A stretch of 64,000 nt of DNA, taken from NCBI GenBank assembly GCA_047495785.1, contig JBLDXI010000004.1:1736001-1800000 (forward strand), read 5' to 3'. The notes under the pieces were generated by a model. That model was not told where the DNA came from and did not search any database. It was given only the letters and a program-made list of their open reading frames with translations. Position numbers and translations under genes: made by a program. Below are positions 52,683 to 64,000 of this stretch, piece by piece (position 1 is the stretch's first letter; each line of letters begins with the position of its first letter). The DNA is from Lepidodermella squamata (taxonomy: Eukaryota; Animalia; Gastrotricha).

Positions 52683-55600
52683 GATGGAAGCCCCCCGATC
52701 CAACAACAGTCGAACTACTTCAACATTCCCATTCGCAGCCGCCAAGATCAACGCCGTCCTACCATCGTTATTCTTGGCCTCGATGGCGGCGTTGCGATCC
52801 AACAACAGTCGAGCCACTTCCCCTTGCCCATACTGAGCCGCATACATTAAAGCCGTCGTGCCATTTTTGGACTTGGTCTTGATGGCAGCGTTACGATATA
52901 GCAAAAATAAAGCAACTTCATCTCGCCCATTTGCAGCTGCTATCATCAATGCTGTCAAGCCATTGTAGTTCTTTGCTTCAATGGCAGCGTTGCGATCCAA
53001 CAACAGTCGCACTACTACGATGTGCCCATTCGCAGCCGCACTAATCAACGCCGTCCAGCCATCGTTATCCCTGGCATCGATGGCAGCGTGGCGATCTAGC
53101 AACAGTAAAGCAACTTGATTTCGCCCATGTGCAGCTGCTATCATCAATGCGGTCGTGCCATCGTTGTTCCTAGCCTCGATTGACGCGTTGCGATCAAGCA
53201 TCAGTCGAGCCAATTCGACGGTCCCATTCTGAGCCGAATACATCAACGCTGTCCAACCACCGTTATCCCTGGCCTCGATGGCAGCCCCCCGATCCAACAA
53301 CAGTCGAGCCAATTCGACGGTCCCATTATAAGCCGAATACATCAACGCCGTCCAACCACCGTTATCCTTGGCCCCGATGGCAGCGTGGCGATCTAGCAAA
53401 AGTCGAGCTGCTTCAACTTGCCCATACCAAGCTGCTCTCATCAACACCGTCACGCCCTGTACAGTTTTAGCTTCAATGGCAGCCCCGCAATCCAACAACA
53501 GTCGAACCACTTCGACTCGCCCATACTCAGCCGCAATCATCAACGCCGTCCTGCCAGTGATGGACTTGGCCTCGATAGCGGCTTTCCGATCAAGCAGCAA
53601 GTGTACCGTTTCGACACGCCCTTTCATTGCCGCATAAATCAACGCCGTCCAGCCATAGTTTTCCCTGGCCTCGATTGCAGCGTTACGATCCAGCAGCAGT
53701 AAAGCAACTTCATTTCGCCCATTTGCAGCTGGGATCATCAATGCCGTCACGCCCTCTACACCTTTAGCTTCAATGGCAGCCCCGCGATCCAGCAACAGTT
53801 GAGCCACTTCGAATTGCCCATACGCAGCCGCAACGATCAACGCCGTATGGCCTTGGTTATTCTTTGCTTCAATGGCAGCGTTGCGATCCAGCAACAGTCG
53901 AGCTACTTCGACTTGCCCATTCTGAGCCGCAAAAATCAAAGCCGTCCAGCCATAGTTATACTCCCTGACATTCACATTAGCTCCACGTTCAATGAAAAGC
54001 TGAGCGATTTGCAGTCCCTGGTCTGGCCGTGTCCGATTGCAGAATACACTGTGCAGTAGGGTGCCATTTGTGACAATCCAACCACCACAGTCAATCTTCT
54101 TTGGGTTGCGCCAGTTCGGGTCGAATTTGCCACCTGTGGCTTCGTCGATCTCCGCAACGAGTTGCCGCACCTGCACCACGTCGCCCGTCTTGGCTGTTGC
54201 ATTCCACAACTGCTCGTAAACTTCACGAATCTATATGTCATAAACAAAAATTGAGTTTCCAGGATCGAATATTTGAGATGAAATTGAAGCTGAAGCTGAA
54301 ACGGAGGATGATCCTTTTGATCGCCTACCTCTTGGCTTGCCCTTTCGCGATATTTAAGTTTCCCCTAAAATAATTATGATTTTTCATCACCAAGTAGTTC
54401 TATCCAGGGCCGGGGCATCGGCTTCCTCAGAAATTTTAATCAATATCTTGCTCAGACTGTTGATGGTAATCATCGCAAACAAGCATTTCTTCTCTAATCA
54501 AGCTATCAAGTAATTTCACGGAAACATGTAAGAGGATGTAAGAGCAATGTAAGAGCGGGTAAGTGAGCAAAATAAAGGCCGCACTAAAATGAAAGCCGCA
54601 TTCGAACACAAATAAACGCCGCAGAAAACATCCTGTTTGTGTTGAATATCAGTAATATTGAATTTAAACAAACCAGCCATGAGTAGTCGTTCGGTCCTGC
54701 TGGATCCACAGCTGTGGGGTTCACATAATCGCCTTCAGTTTTACCTTGAGCAACAACTAGTCCGGATGCCAGCCCAAGGAAAGCGATTACGATTGCTAAG
54801 TTGAGACGCATTTTGAAAATTAAAGAAGAAAACTGAGCTTTCAACTAATAATTTTGATGAGTAATGCATGAGTAATAAATTATTCAGATTCTTTGTTTAC
54901 AAATTCCCACTCATACATAAAAAACATCCTGTTAGGGGATCAGTTGTTTCATTGCCTCGACGGAGGCGATTATACTCAATCGTGATTGCGAAGAGGAGTG
55001 CAATAACCTCTCATATGATGTAAGTTGTAAGGTAGCTGTTGAGTTTCGAGGCGAAGAAACGGTGGCCAGCGGTCAACCCCGATCAACAAGGAAGTGAACG
55101 ACAAAATCACGAGGGTTTCCCCACAGCATCCCTGTCCTTGTCATTGCAACCAGCGTTTATCTCCAATTTACACCGTTTTCAGCCGCTGCGTTGTCGCAGT
55201 GAAATTTCGGAGAATATTATTGAGCGCAGGTGGGGCCTAAGGCTCATCAATAGTCCAAATAGTAAGAATCTGCTGTTCATTGTTTTACAAAAAGTATTCA
55301 TTGCTGTTATGGTAGATTTGACATTTTAACGCTGTACTATATTTGTTAGCTATGTTTCAGTATTTTGCTTACATTTTGCTTGGTAATTATACGATAATAA
55401 CTGAGATACAGCTGCTAACAGAGGCTAGATCAGAGATTTATCCAGCCATCCCCTACCCATCCCCTGGACATCCCCTCAAATCAAGCGGTCATCCCCTAAA
55501 TTTTAGAGACAGTAATAGTATTGTGCGATTCATGACTGATCCCGTAGGGCCGGCAGCCTTAATAGAACTTACCGCAGTCTATAAATTTAGCAGGGTTGCA

Positions 55601-55759
55601 CTATTCACAGATCGCGGTCAATTTATACATGTTAATACGTATAAACTGTTTAAACGTGTAAAAATATATGTTTAAACACTGCATATAAATAATAAGACTA
55701 AGGCTCAGATTTCGACGCCTAGCCTAGCACCATATTTCTGTTTTCTTACAACAGGACTC

Positions 55760-56200
55760 ACTGCTATCGTAAAACAGATATCACCATTGAATTCCTCGTC
55801 AAAAGTTACCCTAGTAACTATCAAGAAAACGATTAGCAGCATGTTTCTTAGCTGCCACAGTTAGGTACCTATGATGCAAACTCGCGAGGCAAACGGAATC
55901 TAAAGGCGTGATCGCGAAACAATTTTACGGTTCGTCGAGAATTAACGATGGACAACTGAGCTCTTGCCACTAAAGAAAGTTAACAAAGAAAATGGAAAGG
56001 GCCCCGCCGGATCGAATGGCTTTCGCAGAATTTTCATACCCATCGCCGCTTCCGAGATAGGATCACTTCCGGTCCAGATTACTTTATTGCAGTAATAAAT
56101 AATTGCCCTAAAGTCATTTTGCTAGTCGTTTTTTATGACTTATCTAGGGTAACTTTTGACCAGGAATTCAATGGCGATATCTGTTTTACGATTGCAGTAA
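55760..56200. repeat. Inverted repeat pair (~50 bp arms), probable MITE
   Basis: ATCGTAAAACAGATATCACCATTGAATTCCTCGTCAAAAGTTACCCTAG versus CTAGGGTAACTTTTGACCAGGAATTCAATGGCGATATCTGTTTTACGAT. Confidence 0.65.
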
Positions 56201-56812
56201 CCTTAGTTTCAGAAAAAGATGCTGATGAAGCTCAAGCACGTTGGGAACCCTTGTTCATCCTGTGTATATCCCATTACCCAAAAGTCATCTAATACACAAT
56301 CTAAATACATGTATTAGGTATATAGTATAAGTCTCGATATGTGATAAGTTTACAAAATGACGAAAATCCCTCAACTTTCACCTTAGTTTCCTTGTTTTAG
56401 TGGTCAAAATCTGCAACGTTTCTACCCCCGTATTTATACATTTTCACATGGCACCAAAACTTTATACTGCTTAATCATGTGTTTAAACACATGTGTTTTT
56501 ACAGACTGTTTATACAAGTGCAACTCTGAAATTTAGGTATTTTCTTTTGTCGACCTTCTCGAAACAGTTTAAACATCACTGTTATGTTAATTTGCATATT
56601 CGAATTCAGCGTGTGACTACGATAATGAGCGCGCGCACTAATGCTGGTTGCGTAACCGGTATTGCGTGACGCATTTTGAGCGACACATCGCACACTCGAA
56701 TAAAAAGCCGCACAACACGAAGAAAAGTGAAATAGCGCGCAATTTCTCTCATAAAATAATGTAATATAATAGAAATATAGGGGCAAAAAGTGATTATCCG
56801 CGAGCGAGCGTA

Positions 56813-57653
56813 CACAGGAAAAAAAAGGCATGAATTCCGTTTTCAAAGGCATGAATCTCAGCACGCGACATGAATTCGAGGAAAAAAATCGAGCCCTAAC
56901 TTGGGGGCATGAAATACAGGGACTTTTGCGACCCGAATTCACGCTTTTTTATGAAAGCTTGTAAATCATGTGCTTGATTTTCATGCTTTTCAAAGCGCAT
57001 TATATTTCAATTGAAATAACACACTGCATTGATATTTATTCTTCAGTTACTGAACTTTACGGGCTACAATAAGCATCAAGACGAGGTATCCACCCAATTT
57101 CAATCAAGTTTTATATCTCTTAGCTTTAGAAAGCTGAAAACTCTCCACGATGATCAATTATTTCAATTCGAGTGATCGTAAATAACCCAGATTGCATCTT
57201 AGTTACAGTATAGATTGGAATTGAGCATTTCTGTGCTAAAAAAGCTGCGGCGCATCGGCCCAAATGCCAGTGTTTCGGCGCTGAAGATTTTTCATTAGAA
57301 AAAAGCACAAGTCTAACAGAAAAAGGTGATGATTAGGCGATGTGAGCATTAGTTTTCATCTAAGCATTGGTAGTAAAGTGTTAAGAATCCTCGCCTGTAA
57401 CTCTAGAGACCCGTTCGAGTCCCCGCTAATGCGTCATTTTTTCTGCTCTCTATTTTTTTCCGTCATTTAAATATTCACACATCCTAAAAACTAAAAACCC
57501 ATGAATTCAGGGGCTGTAAAAAACGTTCATGCGGTTAATGCCTTTTCTAAAAAAGCATGAATAAGGATACGCATAGGGCCCGAATTACAAGGATCGCGTG
57601 TGAGCTCGCTAATGTTAGCAAAAAGCCTGAATTCATGCCTTTTTTTTCTTGTG
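56813..57653. mobile_element. Non-autonomous CACTA/EnSpm-like element (CAC..GTG ends, TA-flanked) containing a tRNA-Gly-like sequence
   Basis: TIR CACAGGAAAAAAAAGGCATGAATTC / GAATTCATGCCTTTTTTTTCTTGTG, repeated CATGAATTC subterminal motifs. Confidence 0.75.
57364..57433 (+). pseudogene. Degenerate tRNA-Gly-like sequence
   Basis: GCATTGGTAGTAAAGTGTTAAGAATCCTCGCCTGTAACTCTAGAGACCCGTTCGAGTCCCCGCTAATGC resembles eukaryotic tRNA-Gly (GCATTGG acceptor stem, CTCGCCT, GTTCGA B box) and is followed by a T run; anticodon and T arms are degraded. Confidence 0.6.
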
Positions 57654-58562
57654 TAGCTAGCGAGCGCCATATTTTTTAACCTCTAAAACCCCTTAATTTT
57701 GTAACCCATCCCCTCAGACAAAAAGCTAAACCCCTGGGCTAGATTAAACTAAAACCTTCTTCGTGTGCGCGTCAACTTGCAGCTTTCTTTGAAGAGCATT
57801 TTTCGTATATTATTAAGATTTTATTCGTGTTTATTTCTCTGTTTGTAAAAGTGATGAGATACATATTGGATAGTCAAAGCCCGGCGTAGAAAACTCTAAG
57901 GCTGGGTTCATCCTGTTGAAATACCTTAGCGTGGAAAGCCTGAAATTTCGACCCAGTTTTCTAGATCTTTTTATTTATGCCTTTGCCGGAGGAGATTGGC
58001 TTAAAAAATGTGTTATCTGCAGTGAAACCCCGACTCCCCATTTTATTTAGTGCCACGAACTACGAAAGTCAACAGCACATGCCAGCTCAAAATCCGTCAA
58101 CTCGAGCTTCTATGTTCCGGTCGGCCCTCACGTCTTGGGCAACAACAATCATCTTGTGTGATACAAAACAGCTCGACGAGCGACTGGATCAATTATAGCG
58201 GCTGTTATGATCTGTTTCTACGAAAGGCGAACTGGTTATACGACAGGAGCGATGCTGGCCTCCTGAGAATTGACTCACCTAACGCGCGATTATGGCCTCG
58301 TGAAGCTGTGTATCGATCGGTAGTTGAGATACAAGGCCTTGATTTCACAATGTAGCGCGGCTTGCCCGACATTGGGATAGCCCCAGCGACTGCTTCCTTG
58401 CAAGCCGGCATTATGAATCAGCTGTCAGGTTTTTTCACCTCAAACCTCTGTACTCAATTTAGGTCCTGCCTTTTATATTGGTGATGCCTAGTATTACGGT
58501 ATGTACGGTAATTTTCAGCTTCGATAACTGGAAACTTGCATCGGGTCACACGACCATCAATA

Positions 58563-61043
58563 CCCAGTCGGAAATCAGTAGACCGAGAAATAGCGGAATG
58601 ATCGAATTAGGATCGAATAAAGATCTATCAACTATGATCGTAGAAATTAGGTCACAGCTAGACCGAGGCGACCATTCAAACAGCCCGAATCGTGTACATT
58701 GCGTCTATTCCCATAGATCGAGGCTCCTCGATCGCCGCTAGGTCAGATTTCGTGCAGCTTCTCAGACAATTCATTGGCAATAATCAGCACATTTAATTAC
58801 TCAACGAAGGTTTAGCCACTTGGAGTAGGCCAGGGTCGTTTAAATAGGATCTAGCCAGGGTCGACCCACCAGCAGCGATGCTCTAATTTAACCACTGACT
58901 TAGCCACATTCTAGGTCATCAATTTCACACACATGGATCTAAGGCGATAGACCTACAGATGACCTACGTGGCAATATTCAGGTCATAAATTGTCTTGTTC
59001 GATTCAAAATTGGTTTGAGTCCAGCACGTGTCGTTATGACGCAGCATTGTTACAGCATCGGATTTCTGAACTACTTTGAGAATGAAATAAATCTCTCATT
59101 CCGCCATTCTTTAACCTAATTCGCACTTGCCATTTTCAGTCATAATATTTGTTCAATTTTCTTGAAGTTGACTTGCTTTTTCTCTGCTATGCTAAGGCTA
59201 TGCTGCTACCTCAACGCTCTTAGTTGATAGTCTTAGTAAATTTATTGAGATTTTTAAGATTAGAGAAATTCCGAAAGCCTGTTTATTCGCCCACTAAATC
59301 TTACCACTAAAATACATGTAGATTCGAACCGCATTTTAACCGACTGGACTAAATGAAGTTTTCGACATTTTTAGAATTTTATTAATTTCCATCCCGATGA
59401 CAGCCGTCGGCCGTAGTACAGGCTTGAAATGTCCGTCTATTTTTTCCTGAATTTTGTTATTAATTATTTCTACTTTGGATCGTTAAACGTCAGCCATTTT
59501 CGCCCGTCACCTCAATTTTTGTGAAATTCTTCAGGTTCAACATCGCGTACTAAGGCAGTCGTGATCTACATGGTTTGTTTTTTTTATCGAAAAGTCCACC
59601 TTAATTATTGAAGCTACCTCATGTAGTTTCCTGTCGAACCTGCTTCACAAGGCTGACTGTTCAACGGCTGAAGACAGCGTCAATTTCATGCCATCCAATG
59701 CCGAGTCTCAGTTAAACAAGATTTTGTGAAAACTATCAACCTCTGCGGTAAGAAATTTTCCTGCCTTGAAAATTTAGGTGACATTTTTTTTTTTTAAATT
59801 GGCGAAATTATTAGAAACCTGAATTAATTTGTCAAGTCAACCTTTAATGCTCTCGTATAATTTTTTGAGGCCTAGGATTGTTTACCATTGATACGAAAAG
59901 TTTAGCTATTCAACTTAGATGAATTACGCATTTTCGAAGCAAAAATCGAAATTTCCAATTTAATCAATGATTTTTTTTTTAATTTTCTAATTTTTAATTT
60001 TCAGCGATGCTATGTGATCAGGATGAAAACTTGGAATTCAAAACAATTATCGACCGATGGCAAAAAACTGCGGCTATCGGCTGGTTAGCAAAAAATATTT
60101 TCTGAAATTCACATGTAATTATTTCATGTAACTTTTCCGCCTGAAGCTTCAGCAATTTTTCCCGAATATTCGATAAATCTTTTCGAGTTCAACCACCGTG
60201 AAATCATGTGGGTAAGAAAAATTAATTTTTAAGAATCTTTTGTTTTCTGGTCTCAGGCCTCAGCAATAATAAAAAAATTCAATTTGTATTGAATTTTCTA
60301 GACGCAAAAGTTGGTTCAAAATTTCGGGCCAATTTCAACCCGAATGTCGATTGAAGTGAGAATGGCAAGTCAATTTTGCACCTATTTTTTATTTATTTTT
60401 GAGGACAATTTTTAGGTTCACCGTGCCAAGATAATGTGCTCAATTTCCTTGTCGCCGAGTCAATTTGAGCTCCCATTTCAGGTAAGAAAATCATACCCAT
60501 GGAAAAATGCTATTTTCATCCTAATTTTCTTTCAGAGACAACACTTTGAACACCTTTGCTGGACTGAAGCAGCAAGTGACGACGACAAGGTGGATGAACT
60601 CGAGGCAGCTGCGGCTGAGTTGCTTGAAAATAGAATCGAATTTTCATGCAGAGAGACATTATTTTAAATATTTATGTGATTTGTGATTTATTACTTCATC
60701 GTGAAAATATGACGAATTGATTATTGCGAAACTTTATTTTTGAAATAAATGAAAAAACTTCGGAATAATTGAATTTTATGAGGGTAAAAGAACCAAGTGG
60801 AGGAACAGCTGGGGCGAGCCGTGATTCATGCCGGCCGATGGTTATTCTGACCTAGATCTACGCACGATCTAATCGCGAAAATTTAGATCTACCGCCGGTC
60901 TATCCATCAGGACCTATCCGCCGTCTAGGTAGTCGCTAGCTAGATCTACCCCAGTGTCATTTTTCGCATCCCACACGATCTATCAAGATAGATCCAATAT
61001 TAGCGGTTTGGGTCTAGCTAGGATCTATTTTTTTACGACTGGG
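58563..61043 (+). mobile_element. 2.5-kb non-autonomous DNA transposon (CCC..GGG ends, TA TSD; CACTA-like) with an internal multi-exon unit
   Basis: Ends CCCAGTCG / CGACTGGG; empty site at ~36295-36330 (CACACGACCAATAGGAACAATAGG); GATCTA/TAGATC subterminal repeats; series of short GT-AG introns at ~59535-60670. Confidence 0.75.
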
Positions 61044-62890
61044 TAGGAACAATAGGACCTCTGCCGCAATTTTGACATCGCCCGCGCTTCGCATGCTTGT
61101 ATTACTTGTAACCCACAACTGCCTCCTCGAATAGAGCTGCCTTTTTAGCCGAACTCAGTTTACTCAACAGGCCAGTTCGATGTCTCATACTTCAAAGCTC
61201 CAACTAGTCTTTGGCGACGACCGGGCTTGGGACATCGTTCTAACCGCTAGAGGATCAGAATGATGCCGCGGATCAATGGCGATGAATCTTAGTTCGCAGG
61301 TCAAAACTTGCCGCATGGCAACAGAGCTTTTTCTTTGCTCCGTAGGGAAATGTCTTTAAAACTGCGGAATGGGTCACCTCAGCCTTCCAGGTAGCCAGTT
61401 GCACAGCCTCAAGCAGAGTCGCGAACTTTCCATCAAAGCTGCTGAATATCCTCTGAAAATGTCTTTAAAGCGACGAAAACTGACAAAATTGAAACCAAGA
61501 TTTCCAACATTCACCCTTACCCTTACCTTTACGAAGCCGCCTCTTTCTTTTATGAATTTCATCGAACTGATGGGATTGAGCGATCACAGACTTCGTAATT
61601 TCAAGTCATAAGACCGTCAAGAGGAAACACCGATTCGATAAGAAAATCGATTGAATGAATGAATTATTATCTTCCCAGGCTTGGTCTGATTTCCATTCAA
61701 GTGGCCTAATAAGATCACAGCAATTTGAAAAATCGGGCAGAAGCTCCCGCCGCCCCTCCTCGGGACGTTGCAATTTTCAAAGTCAAAATTATAAAAAGCT
61801 GTGAATGAACCGGGAAAATTGCCAGGGCGTTGAGCAAGTAAAGCGTAAAGTAGTGGCAGCCAGTTTCATGTTAGATCAGGCCTATCGACTAACGAAAATC
61901 GGCTAATTATTCCAATAACTAAGGACAACTGGAAGGAGTGAAATCAGTCTAATTATGAGAATATATCTATATGTATCGAAATTGAAATAAAATGTGAAAA
62001 CCAGGACATGATTCTTCATGATTACGCAACACAGCCGGGAAATAAATTGTGAAAAACTGAAGTTTCAGTTTCCTAAAAAAAATCACGATTTAAATCCTAA
62101 TTTGATCATGCTAATAATGCTGGTAAATTTCAAGAGATTTTCTGGTCGCGAAAAAGCTAAATAATGAAAAATCAGGGCAATTCCGATGGGTCTATTACTT
62201 GATCAGGAAATGACCTCAGCAAAAATCTGTAAATCAAGGAGATAGAAGATGGACGGGCAATTTATAGTTATTGAAATGAATTGCTGATTTTGTCTGATAA
62301 ACTGGCGTAATTTCTGAAAGAAGTTTAACTATCGTCGCATTTACACGAGCTACTTCGTAATTATCGATGTTAATTACTTCGGTTGTTGCGTCATCATTAA
62401 TATTTGAACTCGAGTGAGCGCTGTTTTTATTTTTGTGTGCACATTATATGGGCGCTGTTAACAAGTCACAGCAAGGTTATTTAAAACTCAAATTTTGAGG
62501 TATCAAGTAATCGCGATTTCGCAATCACATTTTTGGCTGACACCTGATCTATACAATTCTCCTTCTGGAAAAATAGAAACAATCGATTTATAAATTATAA
62601 AAAATCTTAAATGTTGGCAAAATCCTCTTAAAACGAGTTATGCACCGAATCGCGTCACTGGGGTAGTTTCCAGCCACATTGTACGGACAAATACAGACTT
62701 GAAATTTTCTTTTGAAAAATCAGAAAATATTGATAGCTTCAAGATTTTCTCATGACTTTCGTAGGTTTTGTTGAGCATTTCTTTTTATAGTCCAAACAGG
62801 AGCCTAAACTACATTGAATTTTCTAATATTCCTATGAGAAAATTCTCCCTAAATTATCTTAATAATATTGGTATAACCGTCGGCGTGATT

Positions 62891-63715
62891 GGATTACCCC
62901 CACTTGCGCATTTCTCGCTTGCGCATCTGCCACTTGCGCATCAAATTTTTATCACTTGCGCATTTATTACTGAATTTTCAACACTTTATCGTGAATTTGG
63001 CGGATAATTATATCTTTTAATACCAGAATTATTCAAAAACGTGTCATTATACTTTCTTGGTCATTTTGGTGTTAGGAAATGCCACACCAGAGACTAGTGT
63101 AATAAGAGAGGGGTGTAATAACGGTTTCGGTTTCAACATCGGCCCGTAGTTTCACTTTCGGCAATCACCGATTGTCGATGGCTGATGTCGAGCAGATCAA
63201 GTCGCAGATCACGAGCGCAGATGGTGGGACCTTTTCTCCGAAAAAGAAACTGACAATTGAGTTGCAGTTCAAAGTCAGAGATCTCGCATCCAGAGCTGCT
63301 GAGCTCGAAGCGGCGCCAAGATCCGAGTCGCCAGTGGAATCACTGCCTGAATCGCCGAGATAGGAATCTAACTTTCGAATCTATCAAGTAATTATGGTTC
63401 TCCAGGACGAGAAATTGGGGAAGAAGCAAGGCAATGTAAGCTCGATGCCGGTCTAATAGTCAGTCGGTTCTTGCCATTTCCTTAGATCGTCACGTTTTTC
63501 CATTACCTGGTATAGTCTTTATTGTTTATTGTGGTATTTTCAAGCACCAAAATTTACTCATGTAACATTTTTTGAATAGTTCTGGTAAAAAAGATATAAC
63601 TATCTGCCCAACTCACGATAAAGTACTGGAAATTCTGAAATAAATGCGCAAGTAATAAAAATTAAATGCGCAAGTGGCAGATGCGCAAGCGAGAAATGCG
63701 CAAGTGGGGGCAACC
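62891..63715. mobile_element. Mutator-like (MULE) non-autonomous element with ~190-bp TIRs
   Basis: TIR GG(A/T)T(A/G)CCCCCACTTGCGCATTTCTCGCTTGCGCATCTGCC... with TTGCGCA repeats; 9-bp TSD (G/C)GCGTGATT. Confidence 0.85.
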
Positions 63716-64000
63716 CGCGTGATTTCATCAATTTCGATCCGCTATCTACAAGTGTCGGATTTAAAAAATTACAATATAATAGTATAATTGTATAATCGCA
63801 AGGTTTCAAATTATTTTTGTTTTTTTTTCGGAAAAATTCTCAAAAAAATATCGGATTTATTTTCATATTAAGCTTGAAGCAAGGTGCTAGGCACGCATAC
63901 AGGGTGGCCAAAAAATTCCGCGGAGCGGAAATTCGCTGCGCATCAATTTAATGAGGAGTTTTAAGAAGTTGAAGAATTTCAAGCACTCTTTTGCCAATGA

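Larger units (their letters stand above)
48346..54811 (-). pseudogene. Secreted ankyrin-repeat protein copy 3 (~16 repeats), interrupted by a 4.1-kb insertion
   Basis: Signal exon 54811-54674 (MRLNLAIVIAFLGLASGLVVAQ..NDYSWL/gtttgt), ankyrin exon from 54230. Removing 48569-52682 plus one GATG copy restores in-frame ...DRGASIEAKDNDGWSAL...RGASRYTPFC*. Confidence 0.8.
21714..55150. repeat. Three-copy tandem segmental duplication (units ~21714-27850, ~28258-34770, ~37849-55150), each with an ankyrin gene plus shared flanking sequence
   Basis: Shared blocks: GAGTCGCCACTTCATCAAGCCTATTAGCC at ~22193, ~28726, ~37849; ankyrin 3' flank at ~24000-24220, ~30330-30567, ~44985-45202; signal exon plus upstream region at ~27050-27670, ~34170-34760, ~54630-55150; 3' end of the 21314 gene repeated at 28258-28375. 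Confidence 0.9.

Noticed and set aside
57364-57433. Functional tRNA gene with a GTA anticodon
   Set aside because: Anticodon and T stems do not pair properly and the sequence lies inside a transposon; treated as a tRNA-derived relic

Overview
AT-rich (roughly 40-45% GC) animal, probably invertebrate, genomic DNA with short (~50-60 nt) GT-AG introns and many transposons; I cannot name the species. Every host gene I can model begins with a signal peptide. In order these are: an EGF/C-type-lectin protein (384-5284, -); two tandem paralogs with a PAN/Apple-like domain plus three CTHRC1-C-terminal-like domains and no collagen (8706-11462, 11855-18423); three small secreted proteins (18521-21730); and three tandemly duplicated ankyrin-repeat genes (24221-27242, 30568-34363, 48346-54811, -). 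The main observation is that the short signal-peptide ORFs upstream of each ankyrin ORF splice in frame onto it. This predicts SECRETED ankyrin proteins with constant Cys-paired N- and C-caps, different repeat numbers (~11, ~21, ~16) and variation at the positions randomised in DARPin libraries, i.e. a candidate natural DARPin-like recognition family. Mobile elements include a 5.3-kb Zator transposon carrying a second divergent gene, an RLE-type (R2-group) retroelement, MITEs with tRNA-like Pol III cassettes, a 32-bp palindromic mini-element, and hAT, CACTA-like and Mutator-like elements. All gene models are manual and unverified by transcript data.
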